This document shows, piece by piece, positions 22,531 to 33,975 of a stretch of 64,000 nt of DNA. This stretch comes from Scenedesmus sp. PABB004. Taxonomy: Eukaryota. The first letter of the stretch is position 1. Every line of letters begins with the position of its first letter. Position numbers and translations under genes: made by a program. Under the pieces are notes generated by a model. That model worked only from the letters and a program-made list of their open reading frames with translations. It was not told the DNA's origin and did not search any database. The stretch is taken from contig CM026547.1 in assembly GCA_014905635.1 (NCBI GenBank), positions 3,100,001 through 3,164,000 of the forward strand. The letters are read 5' to 3'.

Positions 22531-22854
22531 GCGGCGGCGGCGCGCGCGCGCGCCGGTGGCAGCGCCGCGCACGCGCGCCCGCGGCGTCGGGGCGCCCCCC
22601 GGGGCGCCCCGGCAGCCCCCATCCCCCCAGCCGCCGGTGTTGAGACCACCGGCCGGCGCTCCCACGGCGGTAGCGAGGCCGGGGAGCACGCCCACCCGGC
22701 GAGACAGCACCTCGCAACACCCCAGACCGCGCCCGCCTGCGCCCGCCGCGCACGAGCCCGCCAGTACACTCCCACCCGCACCACCTCCGTCGCCGCTGCC
22801 GCCCTGCGCCGCGCCCCCGCCCGCCCCCGCGCCCGCCCCCGGCCACCAGGCACG

Positions 22855-23783
22855 ATGAGCTTCATGCGCGGCACCGGTGAGCGCGCGCGCACGCTCGTAG
22901 GGTCGCCGGGGGCCCAGCGCCGCGGCGCGGGGGCGTTGGGGTCGTTGGCCGCAGCGCGCGCGCGCGCTGCGGCGCCTGGCCGGCCGTGCAGGCCCGCAGC
23001 GGCCCCCACGCCGCGCGCCAGCGGTCGTGCGTCGCGCTTAGCACGCCCCCGGCACCGCGCCGGCGCCGGGCGAGGCGCCAGGGCGCCGCGCAGCGCGTTG
23101 CTGGCGCCCGCACGCCTCTTGACCCGGGCGCGCGGGCACCAACGGCCGGCCCAATTCGGCGCGGCGTGCCGCCCAATAGCGCAGCTGGCGGCCGGCGGGC
23201 CGCGGCCGCGCTGGCGCGACCGGCGCGCGGCAGCGGCGGCAGCGGCGGCAGCGGCGCGCGGCTGTTGGCGGCGGCGGCGGCCGGCGCCCGTCGCTGGCGG
23301 CGCGCGGCGCGGCAGGGCCCCCCTGGCGCGCCCGCGCCTCCCGCACGCCTCCCGCGACGCCCCTGCGCCTCGCGCGCGCCGCCCACGTGCGCCGCCGCCG
23401 CGCGCCGCGCGCCGCGCAGCGAGCCACCCGTGGCACGACCTCTCGCCCGGCAGCGACGCGCCGGCCGTGCTGAACGCGGTCATCGAGATCCCGCGCGGCT
23501 CCAAGGTCAAGTACGAGCTCGATAAGGACACGGGCCTGCTGTACGTCGACCGCATCCTCTACTCCAGCGTCGTGTACCCCCACAACTACGGCTTCATCCC
23601 CAAGACCCTCTGCGAGGACGCCGACCCGCTCGACGTGCTCGTGCTCATGCAGGCACGCGCGCGGGCGCGCGGCGGGCGGGGGCGCGCGCGGGGCGCGCAC
23701 GCGGGCGCGTCGGGAGCGCGCGCGCAGGAGGGGGCCCCAGCGCGAGCGGCCGCAGCGCGCGCGCGCCGACCTCGGCCCGCGCC

Positions 23784-23814
<31 letters not shown>

Positions 23815-24413
23815 GCGCAGGAGCCGGTCGTGCCGATGTGCTTCCTGCGCGTGCGCCCGATCGGCGTGATGCAGATGCTGGACCAGGGCGAGCAGGACGA
23901 CAAGGTCATCGCGGTGCACGCGGACGACCCCGAGTACAAGGGCTTCACCGACATCGCCCAGCTCCCGCCGCACCGGCTCGCTGAGATCAAGCGCTTCTTC
24001 GAGGACTACAAGAAGAACGAGCACAAGGAGGTCGTCGTCGACGACATCCAGGGCGCGGAGGAGGCGATGCGCATCGTCAAGGAGGGACTGGTGCGCGGCG
24101 CGGCGGCGGCGGCGCGGCGGGGGCGGCGCGCGCGCGGCGCGGGGAGGCAGCGGCGTGGCGCGCGGCGCAGGGAGGCAGCGGCGCGGCGTGGGGGGCGGCG
24201 GCCGAGGCGCGCGCCCCGCCCCCCCCCCCCCCCCCCCCCCCCCGCGCGCGCGCGTCGTGCTGCAGAACATGTACCAGGAGCACTACGTGCCCAAGAAGCT
24301 GGTGCGGCGCGCCGCGCGGCGGGGGCCGCCTGCCAGCCGCCGCAGCCAGCGGCCACGCGCCGACCCGCGCCCGCTGCTGCCGCCGACCCGCGCAGCGTGT
24401 GCACTACGACTGA
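22855..24413 (+). CDS. Soluble inorganic pyrophosphatase (family I)
   Basis: [71 protein letters not shown]; 5 exons ending KL|RVHYD*. Confidence 0.96.
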
Positions 24414-25020
24414 GCGGCCGCGGGGCTGGCGCTGGCGCGGCGCGCTGGGCACGGCTAGGTCTGGCCAGCTGCACGTGGCGCGCGCAGGCGCTGCCGCAGC
24501 GGCGGCGGCGGCGGCGCGGCGGCGCGCCGTCGGGAGTCTTTCCTCGTAGCGCGGAGGCAGCGCAGGAGCGGGTTTATTTGATTGGAAAAATCAACAGGCA
24601 CAGCAGGGCCGGCGCCGGGGGCGGCCGGGGGCGTCCGCCGCCTCTTCCTTTCTTCTCTCCCGCGCGTGCATGCGTTACGGGGGGCACGTGTAACGCACTC
24701 ACACGCGCAGACACGGCGAACGAACAAACAGTGACCGCGCGTCGCAGCGCGGCGCGAGCGATGCAGGGGGGGTTGTGTCTATCGATTAAAAGAGCGCAGG
24801 GCCACGGGTGCAGCCGTATTCGCCGGCCTGGCGGAATGGCACGCGCCGCCGGCCCTCTCGCGAGCCCCCCCCCCCTCCGTGCGCGGCAGCGCGCAGTTCA
24901 AACCCGCCAGGTGGCTCCGCGCACTGGCGCGCTGCCTGCTGGCCCCTCTCTCCTGCCCGGAGCAGCTCCGGTGCCGCTCATGCCCAGCGCTCCTCCGATC
25001 GGCTGGCTGCGCGCCCGAGG

Positions 25021-27737
25021 TCAGCCCAGCGCCGCGTCGCCCACGCTGTGCGTGCTGTCGGCGGGCGAGCCCTGGCTGGCGGCGCTGCAGTGGCTCCGGC
25101 GCGCCTCGTGCTCCGCGTGCGCAGCAGCGACCCACCGCGCCTGGTGCGTGTGCTCCAGCTCCGCGTCGTCCGCGCTGCCGCTGCTGTCGTCGTGCCCGGC
25201 CGCGGGGCGGAGCACCACAAACTTGAGCGTGCCGCTGCCGTTGTTCCACACGCGCGGCACCAGGCGCGTCTGCGCGCGGCGCGGCGCGGCGCGGCGCAGT
25301 CGTCGCGCGCCCCGGCGCGCGTGCGCCCCCCCCCCCCCCCACGTGTGTGTGTGCACACACACACGCAGCCGAGCGCGGGCGCCCCACCTCCTCCTCGGGC
25401 GCGAGCACGGTGTCCAGGGCCGTGTCCATGTCGGCCGGCACCGCGTAGTGGCCCAGGAGCACGTCGCCCACGGCGCCCGCGCGCACGGCGAGCTGCCACC
25501 ACGTCGCCGCCTCGCCGCGGCCACACAGCGCGGCGCTGTCCACGATGGTGATCTGCGCGTTCTCGCCCAGCCGCGTCACCGGGTACATCATCAGCGGGTT
25601 GGCCGCCACCTGGCTCAGCACCTTGGCTGTGTAGGAGTTGAACTGCGGTGCGCGAGCGGGGGGGGGGGGGGGGGGAGCGGGCGCGGCGCGTTGCGGCGCA
25701 CCGGCGGGGGGAGGCGGGCAAGGGCGGGCGCGGGCGGGCGAGGGCGGCCGGGCCAACCGGCGCGCGGCCGCGCGCGGCGCACGTTGACGCTGATGCCGAG
25801 CGGCAGGCGCAGGCGGTCCTCGAAGCGGGTCAGGCCCTCGTTGGCGACCTTCTGTGAGATGATGTTGATGGGGCTGTGCGCCGCGTCCTCCAGCAGCTGC
25901 GCCGCCGCGCGGCGGCCGGCGCGCAGCTCAGTGAGCGCGCACGGCCGTCGCGGCGGACACCGCGCGGCGCCGGGCGCCGGGCCCCACGCCAGCGCGCCCA
26001 CGCTGCGCCCGCCCCGGACCTTGCGGACGTTGAGCTGGGCGACCATGACGAGCGAGTCCATGCGCAGCACGCTCGGCGCGTCGACGTCGCCGTCGATGCC
26101 GTTGGCCTCGTTGCCGTCGTGGTCGACCCACAGCTCGTCGCACAGCACCATCGCGCAGCGAAAGCCCGTCACGTCGAGCTTGGCCGCGATGCTGCTGCGC
26201 ACGAGCGGGTTGGCCTGCACGTGCCGCACCTGCACGCGCCGCACCGGGCCGGCGCGCGCGCGCGCGAGCGGTGCGGTGGGCCGCAGGCGCAGGCGCCGCG
26301 CGGCCGCCCAGCCCAGCCGCCGCCGCCGCTCAGCCCCCAGCCCCCGCTCCGGAGCCGCGCGCGCCTGTATGTTCTCCAGGCTGGTGCCCGCCAGCACGGC
26401 GCCGAGGCTGGCCTCAGGCGCGTGGCTGTTGAGGAAGACCACCTCGCTGCCCCGCGGCAGCGCCGACAGGCCGTGGTCGAGCTCACGGATGAGGTCGGCC
26501 ATGAGCGACCGCGACCCCCACCCCAGCACGACGAGGCGCTGCGGGCCGTCGTTGGCCTGCACGGGTGCGTGCGGAGCGGCGGCGCGGGGCGCGCGCACAC
26601 GCGCGTGGGACGGGGCCGTGGCGGCGCCTGCGGCGAGCCCCCCCCTCCGCCCCCAAGGCAAAGCACCAACCTCCAGGTACTCTGGCGGCACGAGGGCGCT
26701 GGACGCCGACGCCGACGCCGGCTCAACGCCGCCGCGCGCCGCAGCGGCAGCGGCGGCAGTGGCGGCGGGCGGCCTGGGCGCGCCGCGCCGCGCCAGCTGC
26801 TGCATCTGCCGGCGCCGGCGCCGCCGCCGCCGCCGCCGCGCGGGCAGCAGCGCGCCGCCGCGCCTGGGGGCCGGCCCGGCGCGCCGCGCCAGCACGCGCG
26901 CGCCCGCCAGGCCGCCGGCGCCGCCGCGGGCGCCGACCGGCACGATGTTGTTGGCGCCCGCCGCAGGGCCGCCGCCGGGCGCCGCGCGCACGTGCCCCGT
27001 CGCGTCGTAGCTGCTGCCGCCCGCCTCGGCCGCCCCGCGCTGCACCTCCTCCTGGCCCAGCCCACGCCGGGCGGCGGGGCGCGGGAGGCCGTCGTCCCAG
27101 CTGCAGCTGGCGCGCGACGCGGCGCCGCGGCGCGCCTCGTGCGCGCGCAGGCCGCTCAGCGTCGCGTCGTCAAGCATCTGGTGGATGCTGAACAGCGGCT
27201 CCCCCCGCCGCGCCTCCCAGCCGCCCGGCTCGTGCTCGCGCGCGGCCGCGCGCGTCGCGGCCTGGGCGGCGCCCGGCGGGCGCGGGCTGTAGGCGGCGCT
27301 GGGATGGCGGTCGGGCGGCAGATGACGAGCGCGTGCGTGTCACGCAGCACAAAGCGCCGCGGCGGCGCCAGCCTGCGGTTTCGGCGGCGGCGGTCACGAG
27401 GCGGCGGCTGCGGGACGGCGGCAGCGCGCACCCGCCCCTGCGTCACCTGCCGCGCCCCGTGAGCCGGTCGACGACGCCCAGCACGACGCCGTCGGGGAAG
27501 CTGTGCGGCAGGTCGCCAAAGCGCGCCCCGACGAGGGAGGGGCAGTAGTGGACGAACACAGCCACCCGGGCGTCAAAGTCAAACAGCGAGTGGCTCACCA
27601 CGCTCATCACGGGGCGCTTGACCTGCGCGCGCGCATGTGTGCGGGAGGCGCGTCGGCGGCGGCGCGCGCGCCGCGCGACTCGGCCGCGCACGCGCCCCCG
27701 CGCACGCGCCCCCGCGCACGCGCCATCTTGCTCAGCT

Positions 27738-27789
<52 letters not shown>

Positions 27790-28437
27790 GTGCGGGCGCG
27801 GGCGTGAGTGAGCGAGCGGCGCGGCGCGGTGCGCGCGGGCTCGAGCACGGCGCGCGCGCGGGCGGCGCGCGTCTCTCACGCGCTGCGCGTTGAGCTGCGT
27901 CGTCGCGAGCGCGATGATGCGGGAGTTGCAGGCAAACTTGAGCAGCGGCAGGGAGTTGCTCGTGCGCAGCTCGACCACGACCTGGCGCGCCAGCAGGCTG
28001 CGATCGAGCGCCTCGCGCGCCGCCGCGGGGCCGAGGTGGCGCAGCACGCCCGCCACCGGGCCGCGCACGGCGCGCGCGTCCAGCGGCGCCAGGCCGTCGC
28101 CGGCGGCGCCGGCGGCGGCGGCGGCGCGGGCCGCGCCCCGCCTGCCGCGCAACTGCGGCGGCGCCGGCGCGATGGGCCCGCCGGTGGTCATCTCATCCAG
28201 CAGTATGGCGCACCTGGGGCGGGCGGCGGGCCGCTCTCTCAGTGCCGGGCCCGGCGCACGCCGTGCCCGCACGCGCGGCGCGCCGCGGCGCGCCGCGCAC
28301 CTCAGCGCCTGCGCGTCTGCCTCCACGCCGCTGCGGCTCTGGTCTGAGACGATGATGGTACTGCTCGCGGCCCCTGCGGCGACCATCGCCAGGTCGCCGG
28401 GGACGAGCGGGTTCCCCTGGCGGAAGACGATCGCAGT
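25021..28437 (-). CDS. CASTOR/POLLUX(DMI1)-related ion channel, cytosolic RCK gating-ring part only (5' truncated in this sequence)
   Basis: TAIVFRQGNPLVPGDL...ADAQALR, VVVEL, LVGARFGDLPHSFPDGVVLGV, PQRLVVLGWG...DLIRELD...LPRGSEV. Multi-exon, with an apparent 1-bp frameshift at ~27302. No start codon, TM helices or pore before the junction at ~28438. Confidence 0.8.
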
Positions 28438-28483
28438 CGCGCAGGGCCCGCACGCACGCCCGCCGGCGCGCGCCCGCGCGCAG

Positions 28484-28758
28484 AGCGGCGACCCGGCGAG
28501 CGGGCACCTGTGCGGCCTGGTCAGCAGTGTTCTGCTCACGGGTGAGCAGGGGACGCGCAGCCGGCAGCACGAGCAGCTCCGCCGGCAACGCGCGCGCCGC
28601 CGAGCCGCCGCCGCCGGTGTCGGCGCTCTGCGAGAGCAGGCGCCATGGGTGCCCGCTTTGCACGCACCGGCAAGCTCATGCCCGCCGGCGTGATGGCGGC
28701 GGCGGGGCTGGTCGGGGCTGCGTACAACTTCAACAAGTACCGCGAGTGGGCCGCCTGA
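28484..28758 (+). CDS. TMEM14/FAX-family small membrane protein, last two exons only (5' truncated)
   Basis: Exons 28484-28541 and 28640-28758 give SGDPASGHLCGLVSSVLLTGAMGARFARTGKLMPAGVMAAAGLVGAAYNFNKYREWAA*, containing the MGxR...KxMPAG TMEM14 signature. Not in the ORF track. Confidence 0.82.
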
Positions 28759-29065
28759 GCGCGCGGCCGCGGCGCCGGCGGCACGCCGCACGCCGCCGCA
28801 CCCCGCACGGCGGTCGGCGCGCCCTGGCCAGCGGCCGCGGCAGCAGCGCCCACTGGCCGCCAGGCAGGTGCGCGCCGGCGCCGGCTCAAACGGCCGCGGC
28901 AACTTCCGAGACGAGCGTATCCTTCATCTGTGTTACACTTCTGCCGGTTGGGGTCGCGGCGTCTGCAACCCGCCTGCCCGCGTGAAGCCGTCCCCGCGGC
29001 GCGCGCCCGCCACTCTCCGCAGCCCGGACGGCCCACCGACAGCAGCCGGCAGCCCGTCAGCAGCC

Positions 29066-29610
29066 ATGGCGCCGCTCGCCCTCGCCCACCACCGCGGCCC
29101 GGCCGGCGCCGCCTGCTGCGGCACCCGCGGCGCGCCCGCGCGAGCCCGGCATGCGGCCGGTGTCATGGGGAGCCGCGGGCGCGCGTCGGCGCTGCGCGTG
29201 AGTGCAACGGCGCAGCCGGAGAGCGAGCCGGCATCCCGCAACAGCCCACCTGCCGGTACGGGCCTGCTGGCGCCCCTGCGCCAGAGCTGCGACCGCCTGG
29301 TGCAGCGTTACGAGCACTCGCTGCTGTCGTCTGGCGTCGGCGCGCTGGCGGTGACCAGCTGGTGCGTGGCGCACGGGCAGGAGCCGTCGACCGCCGCCGG
29401 TGTGACCGTCGCCGCGACCATCACCGCGCTGGTGAGGCGCCCCCCGGGGGCGGCCGCGCGGCCAGCTGCACGCGCGCCGCCGCGCCGCCGCGCGCCGGCC
29501 GCCGCGCCGCCGCCGCGCCGCCGCCGACGCCGCCCGCCGCCGTGCGCCCGCGGCTCGACCAGGTGCTGAACGAGCTGCTGTTTGCCGACGACGTGCCGGG
29601 GAGCAGCTGA
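29066..29610 (+). CDS. Small putative chloroplast membrane protein of unknown function
   Basis: Transit-like MAPLALAHHRG...LRVSA, two hydrophobic segments, intron 29432-29562, ends VLNELLFADDVPGSS*. Confidence 0.7.
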
Positions 29611-30382
29611 GGGGTCGACGAAACGTGCTGGAGCCTCGCTGCAGGGCCTTTTTTGCCTTTGTCGGGAGGGCGGTCGGAGGGCGACGGCCCGTGTTGGTGG
29701 TGGTGGTACAAAGTCGGTGGGGGCGGCTGCGCTGCTGCACCGCGCCGCGCCGCCGCCCCGAGGGCGGCGGCGCGGCGCGCACCCTCAGCGGGGCATGTTG
29801 CACGGGGGCCACGGCGTTTTGGCCGACGCGCGTACGGACGGCGCGCGCGCGCTCGCGCGACTTTCGTCGGACGGCGGCGCCCCGCGACTGGTTTTGGTTT
29901 TGGCTGTGGGGCGCACACAGTTTTCGCTGGCGGCCCGCGGCGGCCGGCTGCGGACGGCAGCGGCAACGTTATCGGCGGCGCCAGCTGCCCGTAGGGACGG
30001 ACACGCACGCCGCTGCGTGTGCGCCTTCTTTCCTTGGCCCTTGGTCTCCCCCTGTCTCCTGTACAGAAGCTTAGGCGCGAGCAGCTAGTCGGCGGCGGGT
30101 GAGCGGGCGGGCGCGACGAGCAGCGTGTGTGCCGGCCGCATGGCGCCGCAGCGAGAGCGCGAGCCTGCAGGGTGTGTGGCGTGGCGGGGAGGGGCTGCTG
30201 CTGCATTGGGTCCTCGTCGTCGTCCAAGAAGCGTGTGTGCATCCTGACCGCGCGGCCAGCTGAGCAAGCTGGGTGCGCCCCCCGGCTCCGCCACGATGGG
30301 CGCTGCCGGGCGCTGTAAGTTGACCCGACCAGCCACGGCGGTTGCCCTTGCCGCCGCGACAGCGCTGCTGCCGCGCGCGCGC

Positions 30383-32569
30383 TCACGCGCCGCTGCTTGC
30401 GCCGCCGCGGTCGAGCACCGCATCGACCGCCGCGCGGTCGAGCACCCACGCGTGGGGCCGTCCCTCGCCAGAATAGCCCATTGCGCGCAGCAGGCCCAGC
30501 AGCAGCGCGTGCTTCTCCGGCGGCACGAGCTGCACGCGCGCCGCGAGTGAGCGCACAAAGGCGTCGAGCCAGGCCTGGCCGGGGTGGTAGCCCAGGCGGT
30601 GCAGGCCCAGCAGCAGCCCCGCATAGTCGTGGCCGTCGCAGCGCCTGCGGCGGCGCGGGCGCGCGCGCGCGTGAGGGGCGCTCGGCAGCTGCCGGGCGGG
30701 TGGGTGGGAAGGCAGAGGCGCTGCAGCGCGCGGCAGCAGCGCGGCCCCCGGCGCTCACGCGAAGCGGGTGCGCGCGTGGCGCAGCGCGAGGGCCATCCAC
30801 TCCTTGCTCGGCTTCAGCCGCAGCGCGCCAAGGCTCCACACGAGCAGCGCGAGGCTGTGCGCGCTGAAGCGTGGCAGCTGCTCTGCCGCCGCTCCGAGCA
30901 GCTCGGCGGCGGCCCGCGTGTTGGGCAGGTACTGCGAGACGCGCGGCGGTGGTGTGTCAGGGGCGGCGCGGCCGGCGCGCGGCGCGGCGTGGCGCGCCGC
31001 GCCCAGCACGCCGCGCAAGCCACCGCCGCGGCGGCCGCGCGCACACCTGCAGCCGCGCGCAGCCCCACATCGTCATCGCCAGCTGCTGATGGCTCATGCC
31101 CGGCGCGGCGCGCGCCGCGCACGCGAGGTGCGCCGTCAGCCAGTCCTCCGGGGGCCGCAGCCGCAGCCGGCCGAGCGCCCAGAGGCAGCCCGCGAGCTCG
31201 CGGCCGTCCATGTTGACCAGCTGCCCCCGCGAGTGCTGCAGCCAGAACGAGGCGAAGCCCGGCTCCACGCAGCCGGGGCCGAGGCGCGCCAGCGCGCACA
31301 TCACCATGGCGCAGTCGGCCGGGTGCAGCAGCGACGCGCCCGCCGGCGCCTGCTCCTGCTGCGGCTGCGTCTGCGGCGGCCCCTGCGGCGCCGCCTGCTG
31401 CGGCGGCTGCGGCGGCCCCGGCGGCGCGGCCTGCTGCGGCTGCTCCGGTGCCTGCTCCCTCTCCGGCGCCTGCACCGGCGCCTGCTCCGCCGGCGCCTGC
31501 TCCGCCGGCGGCGCGGCTGCGGCCGCCGGCGGCGCCGGCGCGGCCTGCCGCAGCTTCAGCAGCGCAACCGCCGCCACAGCCTTGGCGGTGCGCGTCACCG
31601 CGGCCTGCAGCGCCGCCTGCACCTGGCGCGCCATCGCGGCCGCGTCCTGCCCCGTGCGCGCCTGCGGCAGCGCGCCCACGCCCCAGAGCACCATGGAGTG
31701 GCCCTGCGGGCTGAACTGCGCCTGCCGCCCCGCCCACGCGTCGCCAAACGCGCGCATCCACGCGGCGCTGGGCTCGTGGCCGAGCTTGGCAAACGCGAGC
31801 AGCGCCATGCTCAGCTGCTGGGGCGTGAGGCCGGCGAGGTGCGGCTGCAGCGCCGCCGCCGCCGCGCGCGCCCAGCCCGCGCGCGCCGCCGCGACGCGCG
31901 TGCTGGCACGCGGCTTGGCCTCCATGCCCGCCATGCCCGCCAGCAGCAGCACCAGCTCCTGCGGCGCCAGCTCCGGGATAACCGCCTGCGGCGGCGGCGG
32001 CGCGGCGGAGGCGTCGGCGCGGCGGGGGCGTCGGCACGGGCGTGGGCGCTGGCGCGCGCGCTGCCGAGCGCGCCCCCGCGCGCCGCCGCCGCCGCCGCGC
32101 CTTGGTGGCGTCCCAGAAGGCGGCCATCCAGGAGCTGGGCGGGTAGGCCTCGAGGCGCCCCAGCGCCCACGCGCTCATCGCGCAGTCGAGCGGGCTGAAG
32201 TGCCCGAGGCTGCGCGCCGCGGCGCGGTACCACGCCGCCAGCCAGGCGGGCCCCGGCGCGAGGCCCGCGCCCCAGGGCGCGCGCGACACGGCCGCCGCCG
32301 CGTGCAGCGCGACGCTGAGGCCGCGCGGGTCAAAGTCGGGCAGCTGGCGCTGCGCGCCGCGCAGCAGCGCCGCCAGCGCGGCGCGGTACGGCGGCAGCGC
32401 GAGCAGCGGCGCGTCCGGCTGCGCCAGCCGCAGGCGCGCGAGCCCGTTGAGGCACGTGCACAGCTGCTGCGGCCGCATGTCGCCCACGCTCGCGCTGACG
32501 CCACGGCAGAGCGCCAGCAGCAGCAGCCAGTCGTCCGGCGGCAGGTCGGGCGCGGCCGGCGGCTGCTGG

Positions 32570-32602
<33 letters not shown>

Positions 32603-32871
32603 GACGCGCCGCCCAGCTCCTGCTGCACGAGCGCCGCGGGCGCGAGCTGCTGCTCGGCCACCCACCGCCCCGCCGGGCGCTGGCCGTCCTCCTGCTGCTG
32701 CGCCTGCTCCTGCAGCGCCTGCTGCTGGGCGGCCAGCTGCGCCGCGCGGGCGTGCACCTGCTGCACGTCGAGCGCCAACAGCCAGTGCACCTCCGGCGGC
32801 ACCCGCAGCAGCTGCTGGTGTTGCAGCTGCTCCTGCTGCTCCTGCTGCTGCTCCTGCTGCTGCTCCTGCTG

Positions 32872-32947
<76 letters not shown>

Positions 32948-33333
32948 AGCAGCTCCCCCCGCGCCGGCACCGCCAGGCGCAGCCCCAGGCCCCGGGAGGC
33001 GTGCCTCACCGCGGCGCTGACGTGGATCGCGTCCAGCGACGCAGCGTGGCGCACGAGCGTGAGCAGCAGCTCGCCCGCCGAGCCGGCGCCGCCGATGCGC
33101 GCGGTGAGCGCCCGCGCCTGCTGCACAGGCAGCACCGGCCGCGCCAGCGGTGGCTGCGGCGGCGGCCGCGGCGGCGCCGCGCCGTCGCGGTGCGGCCCGG
33201 GCGGCGCCGGCTGCGCGCGCGTCCGCTCCGCCACGCGCGCCGGCCGCCAGCGCGGCCGGGGCGCCCGGCCGCAGCTGCAGCGCCCCGTGGCGGCCGCGCC
33301 GCGCCCCGCACGCAGCAGCGGCTGCTGCTGCAT
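30383..33333 (-). CDS. Octotricopeptide-repeat (OPR) organellar RNA-binding protein
   Basis: Repeats such as MRPQQLCTCLNGLARL, FSPLDCAMSAWALGRLEAYPPSSW, LTPQQLSMALLAFAKLGHEPSAAW and MDGRELAGCLWALGRLRLRPPEDW (PPEW-like). Transit-like N-terminus and polyQ tract. Confidence 0.85.
32820..32950 (-). repeat. Coding (CAG)n polyglutamine microsatellite
   Basis: Long (ctg)n run on the plus strand within OPR exon 1; a similar run lies at ~14925-14975 in the RRM/U-box gene. Confidence 0.9.
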
Positions 33334-33975
33334 CGCGCCGGGGGCGCTGCCGGGCGCAGCGGCGGCGCAGCGGCGGCGGCGTGAGCACGCAGGCGGCGCC
33401 CTGACGCCGTCCCCAGAGCCGGGGCGTGCGGCGGGCCGCCGCGGCGGCGCCGGCGGCGTCCGCAGCCGCGGGCGGCGGCCTCCGCCACCACGCCGCGCGC
33501 ACCTGCGTGCCCCGGCGGGCAGCTCGTGCCTCCCTGGTGGCGTGCCTCAGGCCGTGGGCGTCACCGGCGCGGCGCTGGAGCGGTGTCGTGGCGCAGGCGG
33601 CGGAGCTGGCGGCGGCGCAGCAGCGGCGGGCTGCCGGCGCGCGGCCGCGCGCGGGGCGCCTGCGCAGGCTGCGTTGCGGCGGCTAACCGCGAACTGCCGG
33701 CGTCGCCGTTGGCAGAGCCAGCCCCCCGGGCGCCCGGCGGGGCGCAAGGCTGCTCAACTGCCCGCTCGCCCCTCGCCGCTCGCTCGCCGCGAACGCGCGC
33801 AGCAGCTCCCGTGCATTTCCGACAGCCCTCCCGGTCGCAGCGCGCCCGAGAGGCGTCGAGCGCGATCGCGGCCTATCTCGGCGCTCCGACCACCGCGGCC
33901 CCTGGCGGGCTCAGGAACCGCTCTCTGATGCTGTGAGGCGCTGCCGGCGCGGCGCCGCCGCGTGCGCTGGCGGCC

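Noticed and set aside
23130..23185. Two CCAAT motifs in PPase intron 1
   Set aside because: Too short to distinguish from chance without conservation data.
28500..28902. Minus-strand ORF extension as the N-terminus of the CASTOR-like gene
   Set aside because: It has no TM segments and is better explained as the antisense of the TMEM14 exons on the plus strand.
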